Below, one piece after another: positions 39,397 through 49,412 of a stretch of DNA of 58,084 nucleotides; within the stretch, counting starts at the first letter, position 1, and each line of letters opens with the position of its first letter. A program made the translations under genes and the position numbers. The notes beneath the pieces are model-generated. The model searched no databases. It was given only the letters and a program-made list of their open reading frames with translations, and was not told the DNA's origin. The stretch lies in the sequence record SRR20825006_1106, one strand, 5' to 3'.

Positions 39397-39529
39397 GTGA
39401 AAGAAATTTTTGGTTATTACAGAAGATACGATGATTACTTTTTAAAGGCGAAATTGATGCTCTTAAGTTTATCGGTTTACTCTACCCTCTGTCCAAAAGT
39501 TGGAAAAAGTGATTCTAAGCACTCCTAAA

Positions 39530-39901
39530 CTATCTTACAATTGCATCTTTAATGATTTCTAAAATCACTTCTAGTTCGTAAGGTTTTTGAATATAGTTTG
39601 AGATTAACCCCTCCTTAATAGCGCCATCAATTTCGTCATTAAGCCCATAACCTGTTAGCACCATATACTCTAGATTAGAGTGCAATTTTCTTGCTTCCCT
39701 TATAAAGTCTAACCCACTTATTTCGGGCATTTTCAGGTCAGATACAACGAGTTTGATATTTGAATTCTCTTTGAGGACTTCCATTCCTCCTTTTGCGGAA
39801 TCTACCGTAATTACATCGAAATGATTAGCGAGAAGGTTCTTGAAGAGAAACAAGTTAATTGCTTCATCATCAACATATAAGATTTGAAGTTTATCCGACA
39901 T
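39530..39901 (-). CDS. Single-domain response regulator (receiver only)
   Basis: ILYVDDE, VSDLKMP, LTGY, QKP; 123 aa with no output domain. Confidence 0.93.
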   Translation of the reverse strand: MSDKLQILYVDDEAINLFLFKNLLANHFDVITVDSAKGGMEVLKENSNIKLVVSDLKMPEISGLDFIREARKLHSNLEYMVLTGYGLNDEIDGAIKEGLISNYIQKPYELEVILEIIKDAIVR

Positions 39902-39908
39902 TCTAGGT

Positions 39909-42900
39909 TTATTCTGCTTCTAAGTTAAGTTCAAGTTCTACGGTAACAATTGTTCCTTTCTTTTCAGAAGACTGAAAAGAAATATTTCCACGATGCTCTT
40001 CAATTATATTATAGACGATAGAAAGGCCTAATCCGGTACCCTTTCCTGCTTCTTTGGTTGTGAAAAAAGGGTCATAAATTTTGCCCAATATCTCTTCTGG
40101 AATCCCACAACCAGTATCTTTAATAATTATCAGAGCTTTGTCAATAGTGGATTTCGTTTCTATTTTGATTGTCCCTTCATTTTCTATTGAATGTATGGCA
40201 TTTATCAATAGATTTGTAAACACTTGGTACAATTTACTTTCATTTCCGCTAACATATAAATGTTTGCTATCAAACTCGAATAACACATTAATACGTTCTT
40301 TATACTCATGGTGTAAAATAGTAACAGTGTCCTTTAGCACTTTGTTTATGTTTACTTTTGAATCTAGCCGATCATCTTTTCTGCTAAAAGAACCCAAACT
40401 TTTGGTAATACTTACAATTCGCTCTACACCGATATTGATGCCATCCATTACCTGCTCGTAGGTTTCTTTATCTTGTATAAGTACTTCATTATTTTCTATT
40501 TTCGAAATCATTTTTAAAATTTCTGCCCCCGATTTTATATAGTTCATCGGGTTATTTATTTCGTGTGCCACTCCAGCCGTTAATACACCCAAGGCAGCCA
40601 TTTTTTCTGATTGAATTAACTTGGTCTGGGTTTTTGATAACGCGTTTAGAGCTACTTCTAAAGCTTCCTTTTGTTCTTTCAGACTCTGGTTATAAATATT
40701 GAGTTTTCTATTTTGCTGATCAATTTCATTAGTTCTTTCCTTTACTAAAAGCTTTAGCTTTTGCTTTTGTTTAACGAGAAGGAAAAAACGAATTCTATAA
40801 AAAGTATATAAGCAAAATACAATAATGATAATGGACAAAGCGATGAACCATATCTGAAAATAGAAGGGTTTTTCGATAAAGATAGTTACGGAAATTGCTT
40901 CACTCCAAGGCCCAGATTCTACTCTTGCTTTCACACTAAATGTATACTTTCCGTTAGGTAAATTGGTATACCTTATTGTATTGTTCTCAAAACTGCCCGT
41001 TTCTTCCCAGTCTTTATCAAAGCCTTCAAGCTTATATCTATACTCGAAAGAATCTTCATTGATAAATGATATTGCAGCATAAGAAAACTCTAGGCTATTA
41101 TCGTCGGAACTGAGGTTGGTTACAACAGTTGGGTCAATATTGGTACCTTTAATTGTATTAATGCTTACAAAGTTAATTTTAGGTATATAGGATCCCGTTA
41201 CATTCTCACTTTCATCAAAAACTGAGGCGCCTTGATCAGTACCAATCCAAACTCTTCCTTCATTATCCTCAATAAGCGCATTTCTACTTATATCATTGCC
41301 AGCAAGGCCATTTCTTGTATTAAAGTGAATATAATTCTCTCCGTCACTGCTTATTACCCCATCATTTGTTCCAATCCACAGATTATTCTTCCTATCTACC
41401 AATAAAGCATACGCCGCTTTGTTCTCCATTCCTTTTAGTTCAAGCTCTTCTATTTCTCCATTTTTCAGAACACCTACTCCAGCTGCTGTCGCGACAATTA
41501 AGTCTCCATTCCACTTAGTAATATCATAAGTGTTGTTTAAAAGTCTACTTTCTGAGCTATATCTTGACTCATTTTCGCCATCTCGTATATAAAGCCCATT
41601 AGATGTTAATAGCACAAGCCTATCATCTGGTAATGATTTGATATTCCTTATATTTATATAACCTTTTATTTTTTCTAGGTTCTCGTTTTTATCAAGAGCA
41701 TACAATACTCTTGAACTAGCTGCATAGAGCTTATCTTGACTGAGAGTTAACGCAATAATGGTTAATGGTTCATTATTGATTTTTACTTTTGAAACTTTAT
41801 TTTCTTTATAAACAAGAAAATCTCTGTTTGAGGTAGCTATATATATACTTCCATTATCCGTTTCTTGGATATCAAGTATCCTCGCAACACCAGTCTTTGT
41901 GCCTACTTTAAACTGCATATTTTCAACGCCTGAGTTCTTTACAATATTAAGTGCCTCAGGATTTGCCATCAAAATTGAACCATCACTAAGCTGGGCAATA
42001 GCACTTACTTCATCTGCAATAAGACCCGCTTCATTGTTGTAATTTTTGAAGCGCAGCATATTGAACTTAAACAGCCCCCTATGATCAGAAACCCAAATAA
42101 TATTCTCTTGATCAACAAAAATTCTATTACTTAATACATTTTTGAGCCTCCCTCCAATAAGTAAAGGCTCGCCAATGCCTTTATTCCTATTAAACATCCT
42201 TGCAAGAGATGCACTACTATAAAAAACACGACCAAGTTGATCTACTTCTAGATTGTATTTATTCGGAATCGATACTTGAGAAATATTTATTGAGTTAGAA
42301 AGTAGTTTAAACGTATTGTTATCAATCTCACCGAGCCAATCATGTCCAAGAACATATAAAACTCCATCTTTTTCTTTAACAATCAAGATATTCTTCTCTT
42401 CAGAAAACTTCTTATTGAGCTCGCTATAAACTATTTCGTTATTTCCTGAATTTTTTTGGACTTCAAAAATTCCATTAGTTGTACAGATAAAGGTTTGATT
42501 ACTCCCTTCAACAATACTATTTATTGAGATAGATAGATTGTTTCTTTTTAAAGTCCAATTCGACCACTCTTTATTCGTTTCGCTATAGCGGAGTATTTGG
42601 TTTTTATTTCCAAGCCAAACATATGTTTCTCCATTATTATCAGATACGTTAAAAGTGAACGCTCTTATACTTTCACTCCAATTTTTTGGCAAGGGGATAT
42701 CTCTCCAGACTCCTTGCTGATAGTATTTAATGACAAAATATTTTTCGTTATGCCCAGCTGCCCAAACAGTACCATCTTTTGACGTTCTGATAAAGGAATA
42801 TTCAGATATTGGCAACCCTAATGAATCTGGAAACACATTCCATTTGTACGAATTATAAGTTGCAATTCCCTCCGAGGTTAAAAACCACATCACCCTATCT

Positions 42901-43034
42901 GGAGTTTGTGCAATATCAAAAACAGCATTAGAAGGTAGCCCTTCAACTGTTGAGTAAGTTTTTGTAGGATAAAACTGTCCTAATAAGGAATACGGGAGAA
43001 ACGCTAAAAATAATCCAATAAAAACCTGTTTCAT
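39909..43034 (-). CDS. Membrane sensor histidine kinase with periplasmic beta-propeller (Reg_prop) and Y_Y_Y domains
   Basis: GLPSN and D...LWIGT repeats; YRYKLEGFD..W and YTNLP.GKY.F.V.A; one TM; H-box AGVAHEINNP; N-box NLLINA; DTGCGI, PFFTTK, GTGLGLS. Confidence 0.93.
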   Translation of the reverse strand: MKQVFIGLFLAFLPYSLLGQFYPTKTYSTVEGLPSNAVFDIAQTPDRVMWFLTSEGIATYNSYKWNVFPDSLGLPISEYSFIRTSKDGTVWAAGHNEKYFVIKYYQQGVWRDIPLPKNWSESIRAFTFNVSDNNGETYVWLGNKNQILRYSETNKEWSNWTLKRNNLSISINSIVEGSNQTFICTTNGIFEVQKNSGNNEIVYSELNKKFSEEKNILIVKEKDGVLYVLGHDWLGEIDNNTFKLLSNSINISQVSIPNKYNLEVDQLGRVFYSSASLARMFNRNKGIGEPLLIGGRLKNVLSNRIFVDQENIIWVSDHRGLFKFNMLRFKNYNNEAGLIADEVSAIAQLSDGSILMANPEALNIVKNSGVENMQFKVGTKTGVARILDIQETDNGSIYIATSNRDFLVYKENKVSKVKINNEPLTIIALTLSQDKLYAASSRVLYALDKNENLEKIKGYINIRNIKSLPDDRLVLLTSNGLYIRDGENESRYSSESRLLNNTYDITKWNGDLIVATAAGVGVLKNGEIEELELKGMENKAAYALLVDRKNNLWIGTNDGVISSDGENYIHFNTRNGLAGNDISRNALIEDNEGRVWIGTDQGASVFDESENVTGSYIPKINFVSINTIKGTNIDPTVVTNLSSDDNSLEFSYAAISFINEDSFEYRYKLEGFDKDWEETGSFENNTIRYTNLPNGKYTFSVKARVESGPWSEAISVTIFIEKPFYFQIWFIALSIIIIVFCLYTFYRIRFFLLVKQKQKLKLLVKERTNEIDQQNRKLNIYNQSLKEQKEALEVALNALSKTQTKLIQSEKMAALGVLTAGVAHEINNPMNYIKSGAEILKMISKIENNEVLIQDKETYEQVMDGINIGVERIVSITKSLGSFSRKDDRLDSKVNINKVLKDTVTILHHEYKERINVLFEFDSKHLYVSGNESKLYQVFTNLLINAIHSIENEGTIKIETKSTIDKALIIIKDTGCGIPEEILGKIYDPFFTTKEAGKGTGLGLSIVYNIIEEHRGNISFQSSEKKGTIVTVELELNLEAE

Positions 43035-43120
43035 CAAAACTCTAAAACCATTGAAAATAAATTTACTTCTCGTTCATCTTTAAGAACTCACTATAATACC
43101 ACTCTATTAGATTCAAAACA

Positions 43121-44485
43121 TTAGGATATGTATATCGTTTTAGTATTAACAAACTCATGAATCCCAAATAGTCCTAACTCTCGGCCATAACCTGAGTGTT
43201 TAATACCGCCAAATGGTAGGCGTGGATCTGATTTAACCAATTCGTTCACAAAACAGCATCCCGCATGGAGTCTTTCAGCAACAATACTCTCGACATGTTC
43301 TACATTTTCTGAAAAAATTGCAGCACCCAAACCGTATATACTATCATTGGCAACCTCGATTGCTTCTTCTTCATTTTTTACTTTTATAATTGAGGCAACG
43401 GGACCAAACAATTCTTCATGATATGCTGGCATACCCTTCTGTACATTCTCCAATATTGTTACTGGATAAAAAGCACCTTTTCGATCTGGTATTGTTCCTC
43501 CTAAAGTAATTTTCGCTCCTTTTTTCACACTTTCTTGCACTTGCTTGTGGATACTATCTCTTAAATCAACTCTTGCCAATGGGCCAATATCTGTTAATTC
43601 TTCAAACGGATCTCCCATAACCTTTTCTTTCATGAGCGCTGTAAATTCATATACAAAAGCCTCATAAACTTCTTCAACTACAATAAATCGTTTGGCAGCT
43701 ACACAGCTCTGACCGCTGTTTATAAGCCTAGATGTAACACAGGTAATTGCGGCCTGCTTAATGTTCGCATCTTTTAATATGATGTATGGATCATTACCTC
43801 CAAGTTCTAATACCGTTTTTTTAAGAGCTTCGCCTGCTTGCGATGCAACTATTTTACCTGCTTTTGTGCTTCCAGTTAACGTAACTGCTGCAATTCCGGA
43901 ATGTTGAATAATGGGTTTCATATGCTCGTTTGAGACCAAAATAGTTCTAAATAGATCACGGGAGCAGCCAGAGTCGTGAATTAACGTCTCAATTTCCAAG
44001 GCACAACCAGAAGTGTTTTCTGAATGTTTTAGAACAATCCCATTCCCAGCCATTAACGCTGGCACAGCAAAGCGAAATAATTGCCAAAATGGAAAATTCC
44101 AAGGCATAATAGAAAGGATTATTCCAAGTGGCTTAAAAGCTACATAACTTTTTGAAGCATCGGTTTCTACCATTCTATCAGCTAAAAAAGAAGCTGCATT
44201 CTCAGCATAATATTCGCAAACCCAGGCACACTTTTCAACTTCCGAAATAGACTGAGCAATAGGTTTTCCCATTTCTTGAGACATTAGCTGACCAAGACTT
44301 TCTTTTCTTTCCTTAAGTAAACTAGCAACCCTTTGCAAGCATGCTGCTCGTTGTTCAAAGCTTTTTTGAGCCCATTGTAGTTGGGCGATGTTGGCTCTAT
44401 CAATAATACCATTAACTTCATCAGGAGACATTTCAGCGTATTCTTTGATTAACTCTCCCGTGGTCGGATTTACAGTTTTCATCAT
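43121..44485 (-). CDS. NAD(P)-dependent aldehyde dehydrogenase, succinate-semialdehyde dehydrogenase (Sad/GabD1-like)
   Basis: MPWNFP.WQ, LTGS, LELGG.D, NSGQSC.AAKR, EELFGPV, PFGG.K.SGYGRE. Confidence 0.88.
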   Translation of the reverse strand: MMKTVNPTTGELIKEYAEMSPDEVNGIIDRANIAQLQWAQKSFEQRAACLQRVASLLKERKESLGQLMSQEMGKPIAQSISEVEKCAWVCEYYAENAASFLADRMVETDASKSYVAFKPLGIILSIMPWNFPFWQLFRFAVPALMAGNGIVLKHSENTSGCALEIETLIHDSGCSRDLFRTILVSNEHMKPIIQHSGIAAVTLTGSTKAGKIVASQAGEALKKTVLELGGNDPYIILKDANIKQAAITCVTSRLINSGQSCVAAKRFIVVEEVYEAFVYEFTALMKEKVMGDPFEELTDIGPLARVDLRDSIHKQVQESVKKGAKITLGGTIPDRKGAFYPVTILENVQKGMPAYHEELFGPVASIIKVKNEEEAIEVANDSIYGLGAAIFSENVEHVESIVAERLHAGCCFVNELVKSDPRLPFGGIKHSGYGRELGLFGIHEFVNTKTIYIS

Positions 44486-44527
44486 TCTCTTGTTTAATTT
44501 TTGATTTAGCTGAAATAACAAACTCTA

Positions 44528-45721
44528 TTAATCTTGTATTCCAGAAACATTTGTATGTATACTTTCCATAATTGTTTCTAAAACCTCATCTAGAAGATCA
44601 TTCTCTATGATTAAAGGTGGAGCTAGTCGAACTAAAGTATTTGAATGAAGAGTCCAACCTAGAAGGACTCCCTTTTCGAAACAGCTTTCAACAACTGCTT
44701 TTGTGAGCTCCCAACTTTCCAACTCTAGACCCAGCATTGCTCCTTTCCCTCTTACTTCAACAATGCCTTTTCCAACTAACCGCTTCTTTATTTTTCGCTC
44801 TATCTCAACGGCCCGATTTATATAATTTCCATCTAATAATTCTTTCAAATTTGCATGAGCAGCAGCACAACAAACTGGATGTCCGCCAAAAGTGGTTACA
44901 TGATTTAATGGAGGATTGTACATGAAAGCCTTAAAAATCTCGGAAGATGAGACAAAAGCTCCCATCGGCATTCCACCAGCCATTGCCTTGGCTAAGCATA
45001 AAATATCGGGAATTACATCATAATGCTCGAATGCGAAAAGCTTCCCTGTTCTTGCAAAACCGGATTGTATTTCATCAAAAATAAGAAGTGCTCCAGTTTC
45101 ATCACACTTAGATCTTACTGCCTTCAACCATTCTTTTTCAGCGGGAATAATCCCTCCCTCACCTTGAATTGGTTCGAGTATTACTGAAGCTGTTTGATTA
45201 TCAATGTTATCTAAATCAACAAAACTATTGAAATCTAAAAAATGAACATCTGGTAATAACGGAAGATATGGATCTCGGTATACATCTCGTCCGGTTACAC
45301 TAAGTGAGCCGTGAGTATCGCCATGGTAGCTATTTTTAAACGCAACTAATTTACTTCTGCCCGTGTGTTTTTTGGCGAGCTTCAAAGCGCCTTCGTTAGC
45401 TTCAGTTCCACTATTTACTAGATACACTTGATTTAGTTGTGGGGGAAGTTGTACCATTAAAAGTTCTGCAAATTCCACCTGAGGCTTCTGTATAAACTCG
45501 CCATAAACCATCACATGCAAATATTTACCAAGTTGTTCTTCTATGGCGGCGATTACTTTTGGATGGCGATGCCCCAAGCTGCTAACTGCTATTCCAGAAA
45601 TAAAATCCACGTAGCGTACTTCTTTCGTAGTATAAAGGAAAGGACCCTTAGCATGACTTATTTCGAGACCAATTGGTGAGTCGCTAGTTTGAGCAATATG
45701 GGAAAGAAAAGATTGTTTCAA
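44528..45721 (-). CDS. Class III PLP aminotransferase (ArgD/ornithine aminotransferase-like)
   Basis: NSGTEANEGALK, YHG, EPIQGEGG, DEIQSGFARTG, PDI..LAKAMAGG, TFGG.P. Confidence 0.9.
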   Translation of the reverse strand: MKQSFLSHIAQTSDSPIGLEISHAKGPFLYTTKEVRYVDFISGIAVSSLGHRHPKVIAAIEEQLGKYLHVMVYGEFIQKPQVEFAELLMVQLPPQLNQVYLVNSGTEANEGALKLAKKHTGRSKLVAFKNSYHGDTHGSLSVTGRDVYRDPYLPLLPDVHFLDFNSFVDLDNIDNQTASVILEPIQGEGGIIPAEKEWLKAVRSKCDETGALLIFDEIQSGFARTGKLFAFEHYDVIPDILCLAKAMAGGMPMGAFVSSSEIFKAFMYNPPLNHVTTFGGHPVCCAAAHANLKELLDGNYINRAVEIERKIKKRLVGKGIVEVRGKGAMLGLELESWELTKAVVESCFEKGVLLGWTLHSNTLVRLAPPLIIENDLLDEVLETIMESIHTNVSGIQD

Positions 45722-45801
45722 TTGTAACTTATAATTTATTTTAAATGACCTATTTTTGAACCTACTGAATTTCAGTATTTCTGATAACTAATAAACGATA
45801 T

Positions 45802-46194
45802 ATGATACAAAAGATACCACTATTGATTTTTGCTGCTTTTCTTCTGTTCTCGTGTAAATCATCAAAAAAAACAACTCAAGGCCCCATCCAACTTAAATCG
45901 GATATAGAAATCTTATCGCCAGGGCACGTTGAGGTGAAATTTAAGGTTTTAAATGAAGAAGCCACAGAACCAGATTCTAGTCCTATTTATAAAATTGAAA
46001 TACTGACCATTAATAAATATGGAACTGCTACACCAGTTTTAGCAAAAGGCGAAGTTTTAAGTGTTTTACTTAGAGCCATTTCTCTTAAAGATAAACTTAC
46101 TATTGGTACTATTCACATAGGCCTTTTAGCTCATTTAGAAAAAATTGTAACCGAAAAACCGACCCCTAGTTGGGATTTATTAAATATTAAATAG
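45802..46194 (+). CDS. Small lipoprotein of unknown function
   Basis: Lipobox LLFS-C followed by KSSK; stop 5 nt before the next ATG. Confidence 0.75.
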   Translation: MIQKIPLLIFAAFLLFSCKSSKKTTQGPIQLKSDIEILSPGHVEVKFKVLNEEATEPDSSPIYKIEILTINKYGTATPVLAKGEVLSVLLRAISLKDKLTIGTIHIGLLAHLEKIVTEKPTPSWDLLNIK

Positions 46195-46199
46195 CATTT

Positions 46200-49007
46200 A
46201 TGAATTTTATTTTTTCCAATAAAGGAAAGTTCTCTCTCTTATTCTTTTCTTTATTCTTAATTGTAGTAGTAGTTACTTTTTCAAATTACTATTCAGACTT
46301 AGGGCCTTTAGAACGTCAAGATGTTGAGACTGAAGAACTAGGACCTCTTAACGAAGAAGTTGAAAATAAAAAGGCTCGCCAGGAGTACTATTTTAATATG
46401 CTTCGCGACCCCAAAACCAATTCAATCCCAGAAGCTGTTCGTGCAAGGGAGCTTCGTTTTGCAAATGACTTATTTCAACATTCTAAAGCAAAATCTGGTA
46501 ATTTATTCAATTGGCAAGAAGCTGGCCCTAACGTTGTTGGTGGCAGAACGCGTGCTATCGCTGTGGACGTAGGGGATCCTACAGGTAATACGGTAATTGC
46601 AGGGGCCGCTTCAGGTGGAATTTGGAAGTCTACTAATGGCGGGGCTTCTTGGGATTATAAATCCGACCCGAATCACAATCTAAGTGTGACATCAATTTCT
46701 CAAGATCCGAATAACACTAACGTTTGGTATTACAGCGCCGGTGAGATAAGTGGTAATACAGCTAGTGGGAGACTTGGAAGTGCATCGTATTATGGTTTTG
46801 GAATTTGGAAGTCCACAAATAGTGGAGAAAGTTGGACTAATGTTACCATAAACGAAGACGGCGTTGGTGATGCTTCTTGGAATTCACCATTTGATTATAT
46901 TTCAAAAGTAATGGTAAACCCGGTAAATAGTGACGTATATGTAGCTACCAATGGCTTTGGCTTATACAAATCAACGAATGGTGTAGATTTTCAAAATGTA
47001 TATGGAAGCTCGGGAGAGTTTAGATATTTAGATTTTGATATAGACACTCAAGGAAATATTGTTTTGATTGCCTCTGAATCAACGGCGGGCGAGTCTACCG
47101 CTAACACAGGAGTGTTTTATACAACAAATAATGGGGCTTCATGGACTAATATCACTCCATCAGAATTCCCAATAAAACATGCTCGTAGCGTTATTGACAT
47201 TGCACCTTCAGCCGAGCATATAGTATATATATTCACTAATACTGGACTTGGGAAAGTCAGCAATGTTGATCCAAAAGAAATAGTTGAGAAACTTGCTCTG
47301 TTTAAGATTAATACCAAAACTGGTGAATCTTTTGACCTATCTGCTAATATCCCAGAATTGGATATTTTTAGAGGAACTGTCCAAACTCAAGGCAATTTCA
47401 ATATGGCACTTGCAATCAGTCCTATTGATACTAATCTTGTTATTGTTGGTGGCATTAGTTTATTTAGATCTAAAGACGGTTTTACTTCTACTAACTTTGA
47501 CCGGATTGGCGGATATGGCGTTGATAACCATCACCCAGATAATCATACCTTAGCTTTTGACCCTCAGAACCCAGAACGACTTTGGAGTGGGCATGACGGT
47601 GGTATTAGCTTAACAAACTCGGCTAGTGGTTCAATTTCCTGGTTAAATAAGAATAATGGTTATAATGTAACCCAGTTTTATACTGTTTCAATTGCACGTG
47701 AAGCTGGGGATACTCGAATTATTGGTGGCACACAAGATAATGGATCGCCTTACTTCCGTTTAAATGATACCAACGAGGTTGAAAACGATATTTCTACTGG
47801 TGATGGATCATTTGCCTTCATTGGTAACTTTTATATGTACGTATCATCACAAGAAGGGAGAATGTTACGGGTTGGGTACTATGAGGATACGGGAGAGCCA
47901 TTAAATCCATTTGGGAATAAATACGATCAATATGATTGGTCGTTTATGTATCCAGCAGGAGCCTCTAATCAGGCATTTGTTCATCCTTTTGCAGTGAACC
48001 CAATAAATCAGAATATGATTTTCTACCCTGATGGTGCTGAACTTTGGAAGACGACAAGAGCTGGTTTTATTCAGGGTGGATTACAAGAAGGTTCAAATTC
48101 CGACTGGACAAAATTGCCGTTTAGTGCAGGCGCTGGATATAACATTTCAGCTCTATCTTTTACGCAAAGTACTCCTAGTCATAAATTATATTTCGCAGCA
48201 TCTAGCAACTCGGGTGCCCCCAGAATTTATTTCTTAGAGAATACATCTCAAACCCCTACTGAAATTAGCATTCCTGGGACTACTGGGGGAAGTAAAGTGC
48301 ATCAAATTGCAGTAAACCCACTAAATGGAAATGAACTTATTGTTGTGATGTCTAACTATAACATCGTTGGAACTTACTACTCTAGCAATGGTGGTGTTAC
48401 TTGGACTGCAATTGAAGGAAATTTAATTGGTGATTCTGTTAATATTGGGCCTTCGATAAGATCTGCAGCCATTGCACAAGGTAATAGAACCACTGCCTAT
48501 GTACTCGGAACAAGTACAGGTGTTTACACAACTACTACTTTATCAGGAAACAACACAATTTGGACTAAAGAGTCTCCTGAGATTATCGGTAGCTCTATAG
48601 CCGAAGCAATCGATTATAGAAGTAGTGACCAAACCATTGCAATTGGCACCCATGGGCGAGGTATCTTCATTGGCACCGCTAATAATGCTGTAGCTAATGA
48701 AGATGAAACAGTTACCGAAGTACCTAATTCATTCTCGCTATCTCAGAACTATCCAAATCCATTTAACCCAACTACAAATATTGAGTTTAATCTTCCAAGT
48801 TCAGCAAAAGTAACTCTAACTGTTTATGATGTAAATGGAAGGCTTGTAGCAACTATACTCAACAATAGCCAGAGGATGGCTGGTCAACATGCGGTTTCTT
48901 TTAATGCCGAAAACTTGGCCAGTGGTGTTTATCTTTACGAAATTAATGCGGTTTCTGTGAGTGGAAAGTCTTTTGCTCAGAGTAAGAAAATGACACTTAT
49001 AAAATAA
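46200..49007 (+). CDS. BNR/Asp-box (VPS10/GH74-like propeller) protein with T9SS type A C-terminal domain, copy 1
   Basis: W...GP..VGGRTRA, GGIWKS.NGG.SW and other S.[DN]GG.[ST]W repeats, H.D.H, GG.QDNG, GTHGRG; tail NYPNPFNPTT...MTLIK. Confidence 0.85.
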   Translation: MNFIFSNKGKFSLLFFSLFLIVVVVTFSNYYSDLGPLERQDVETEELGPLNEEVENKKARQEYYFNMLRDPKTNSIPEAVRARELRFANDLFQHSKAKSGNLFNWQEAGPNVVGGRTRAIAVDVGDPTGNTVIAGAASGGIWKSTNGGASWDYKSDPNHNLSVTSISQDPNNTNVWYYSAGEISGNTASGRLGSASYYGFGIWKSTNSGESWTNVTINEDGVGDASWNSPFDYISKVMVNPVNSDVYVATNGFGLYKSTNGVDFQNVYGSSGEFRYLDFDIDTQGNIVLIASESTAGESTANTGVFYTTNNGASWTNITPSEFPIKHARSVIDIAPSAEHIVYIFTNTGLGKVSNVDPKEIVEKLALFKINTKTGESFDLSANIPELDIFRGTVQTQGNFNMALAISPIDTNLVIVGGISLFRSKDGFTSTNFDRIGGYGVDNHHPDNHTLAFDPQNPERLWSGHDGGISLTNSASGSISWLNKNNGYNVTQFYTVSIAREAGDTRIIGGTQDNGSPYFRLNDTNEVENDISTGDGSFAFIGNFYMYVSSQEGRMLRVGYYEDTGEPLNPFGNKYDQYDWSFMYPAGASNQAFVHPFAVNPINQNMIFYPDGAELWKTTRAGFIQGGLQEGSNSDWTKLPFSAGAGYNISALSFTQSTPSHKLYFAASSNSGAPRIYFLENTSQTPTEISIPGTTGGSKVHQIAVNPLNGNELIVVMSNYNIVGTYYSSNGGVTWTAIEGNLIGDSVNIGPSIRSAAIAQGNRTTAYVLGTSTGVYTTTTLSGNNTIWTKESPEIIGSSIAEAIDYRSSDQTIAIGTHGRGIFIGTANNAVANEDETVTEVPNSFSLSQNYPNPFNPTTNIEFNLPSSAKVTLTVYDVNGRLVATILNNSQRMAGQHAVSFNAENLASGVYLYEINAVSVSGKSFAQSKKMTLIK

Positions 49008-49026
49008 ATTATCTTATTTTTAAACT

Positions 49027-49054
49027 AAAAAGGCAGCCTTTAAAGCTGTCTTTT
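49027..49054 (+). terminator. Rho-independent terminator
   Basis: AAAAAGGCAGC-CTTTAAA-GCTGTC-TTTT. Confidence 0.75.
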
Positions 49055-49241
49055 CCTGAAAAAATTGCCTTATTAATTACCGCAGGTTATGATTGATAGA
49101 AATGCTTTAGCATAGCAAGTAAATGGAATTTTTAAGTGTTAATTCTTATTCCATGAATACAAAACTATTGATTAGTTAAACACACTTATTGTCTAATCAA
49201 TAACTACCTATAACAGTCAAAGGTCTCATTTAATTTTGGCG

Positions 49242-49406
49242 ATGAAAACACCTAACTTTATCCATGAAAACCCGATAGAGTTTACACCCCTTGCTTCTCT
49301 TTTGAATACAACTATAATCCTGTCAACATATATTAGGGCGTCACATTTAGAAGAAATAGCAACGGCAAAACAGATTTCATTTTTGAAATTAATAAGTATT
49401 ACTTAG
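49242..49406 (+). pseudogene. Decayed remnant of the 45802..46194 lipoprotein gene (54-aa ORF, no signal peptide)
   Basis: ORF ends SHLEEIATAKQISFLKLISIT* versus AHLEKIVTEKPTPSWDLLNIK* (same length to stop, 8 of 21 identical); DNA CATTTAGAAGAAATAGCAACGGCAAAACAGA versus CATTTAGAAAAAATTGTAACCGAAAAACCGA; same position ahead of the paralogous gene. Confidence 0.65.
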
Positions 49407-49412
49407 CCCATT

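Noticed and set aside
43121-45721. Calling the aminotransferase and aldehyde dehydrogenase a gabT-gabD GABA shunt
   Set aside because: The aminotransferase looks like a generic ArgD-like class III enzyme; specificity cannot be read from the motifs, so no gene symbols were given.
49055-49241. Possible ncRNA, riboswitch or IS remnant in the longest intergenic region
   Set aside because: No recognisable riboswitch core, terminal inverted repeats with target duplication, or transposase fragment; decay of the duplicated lipoprotein gene explains part of it.
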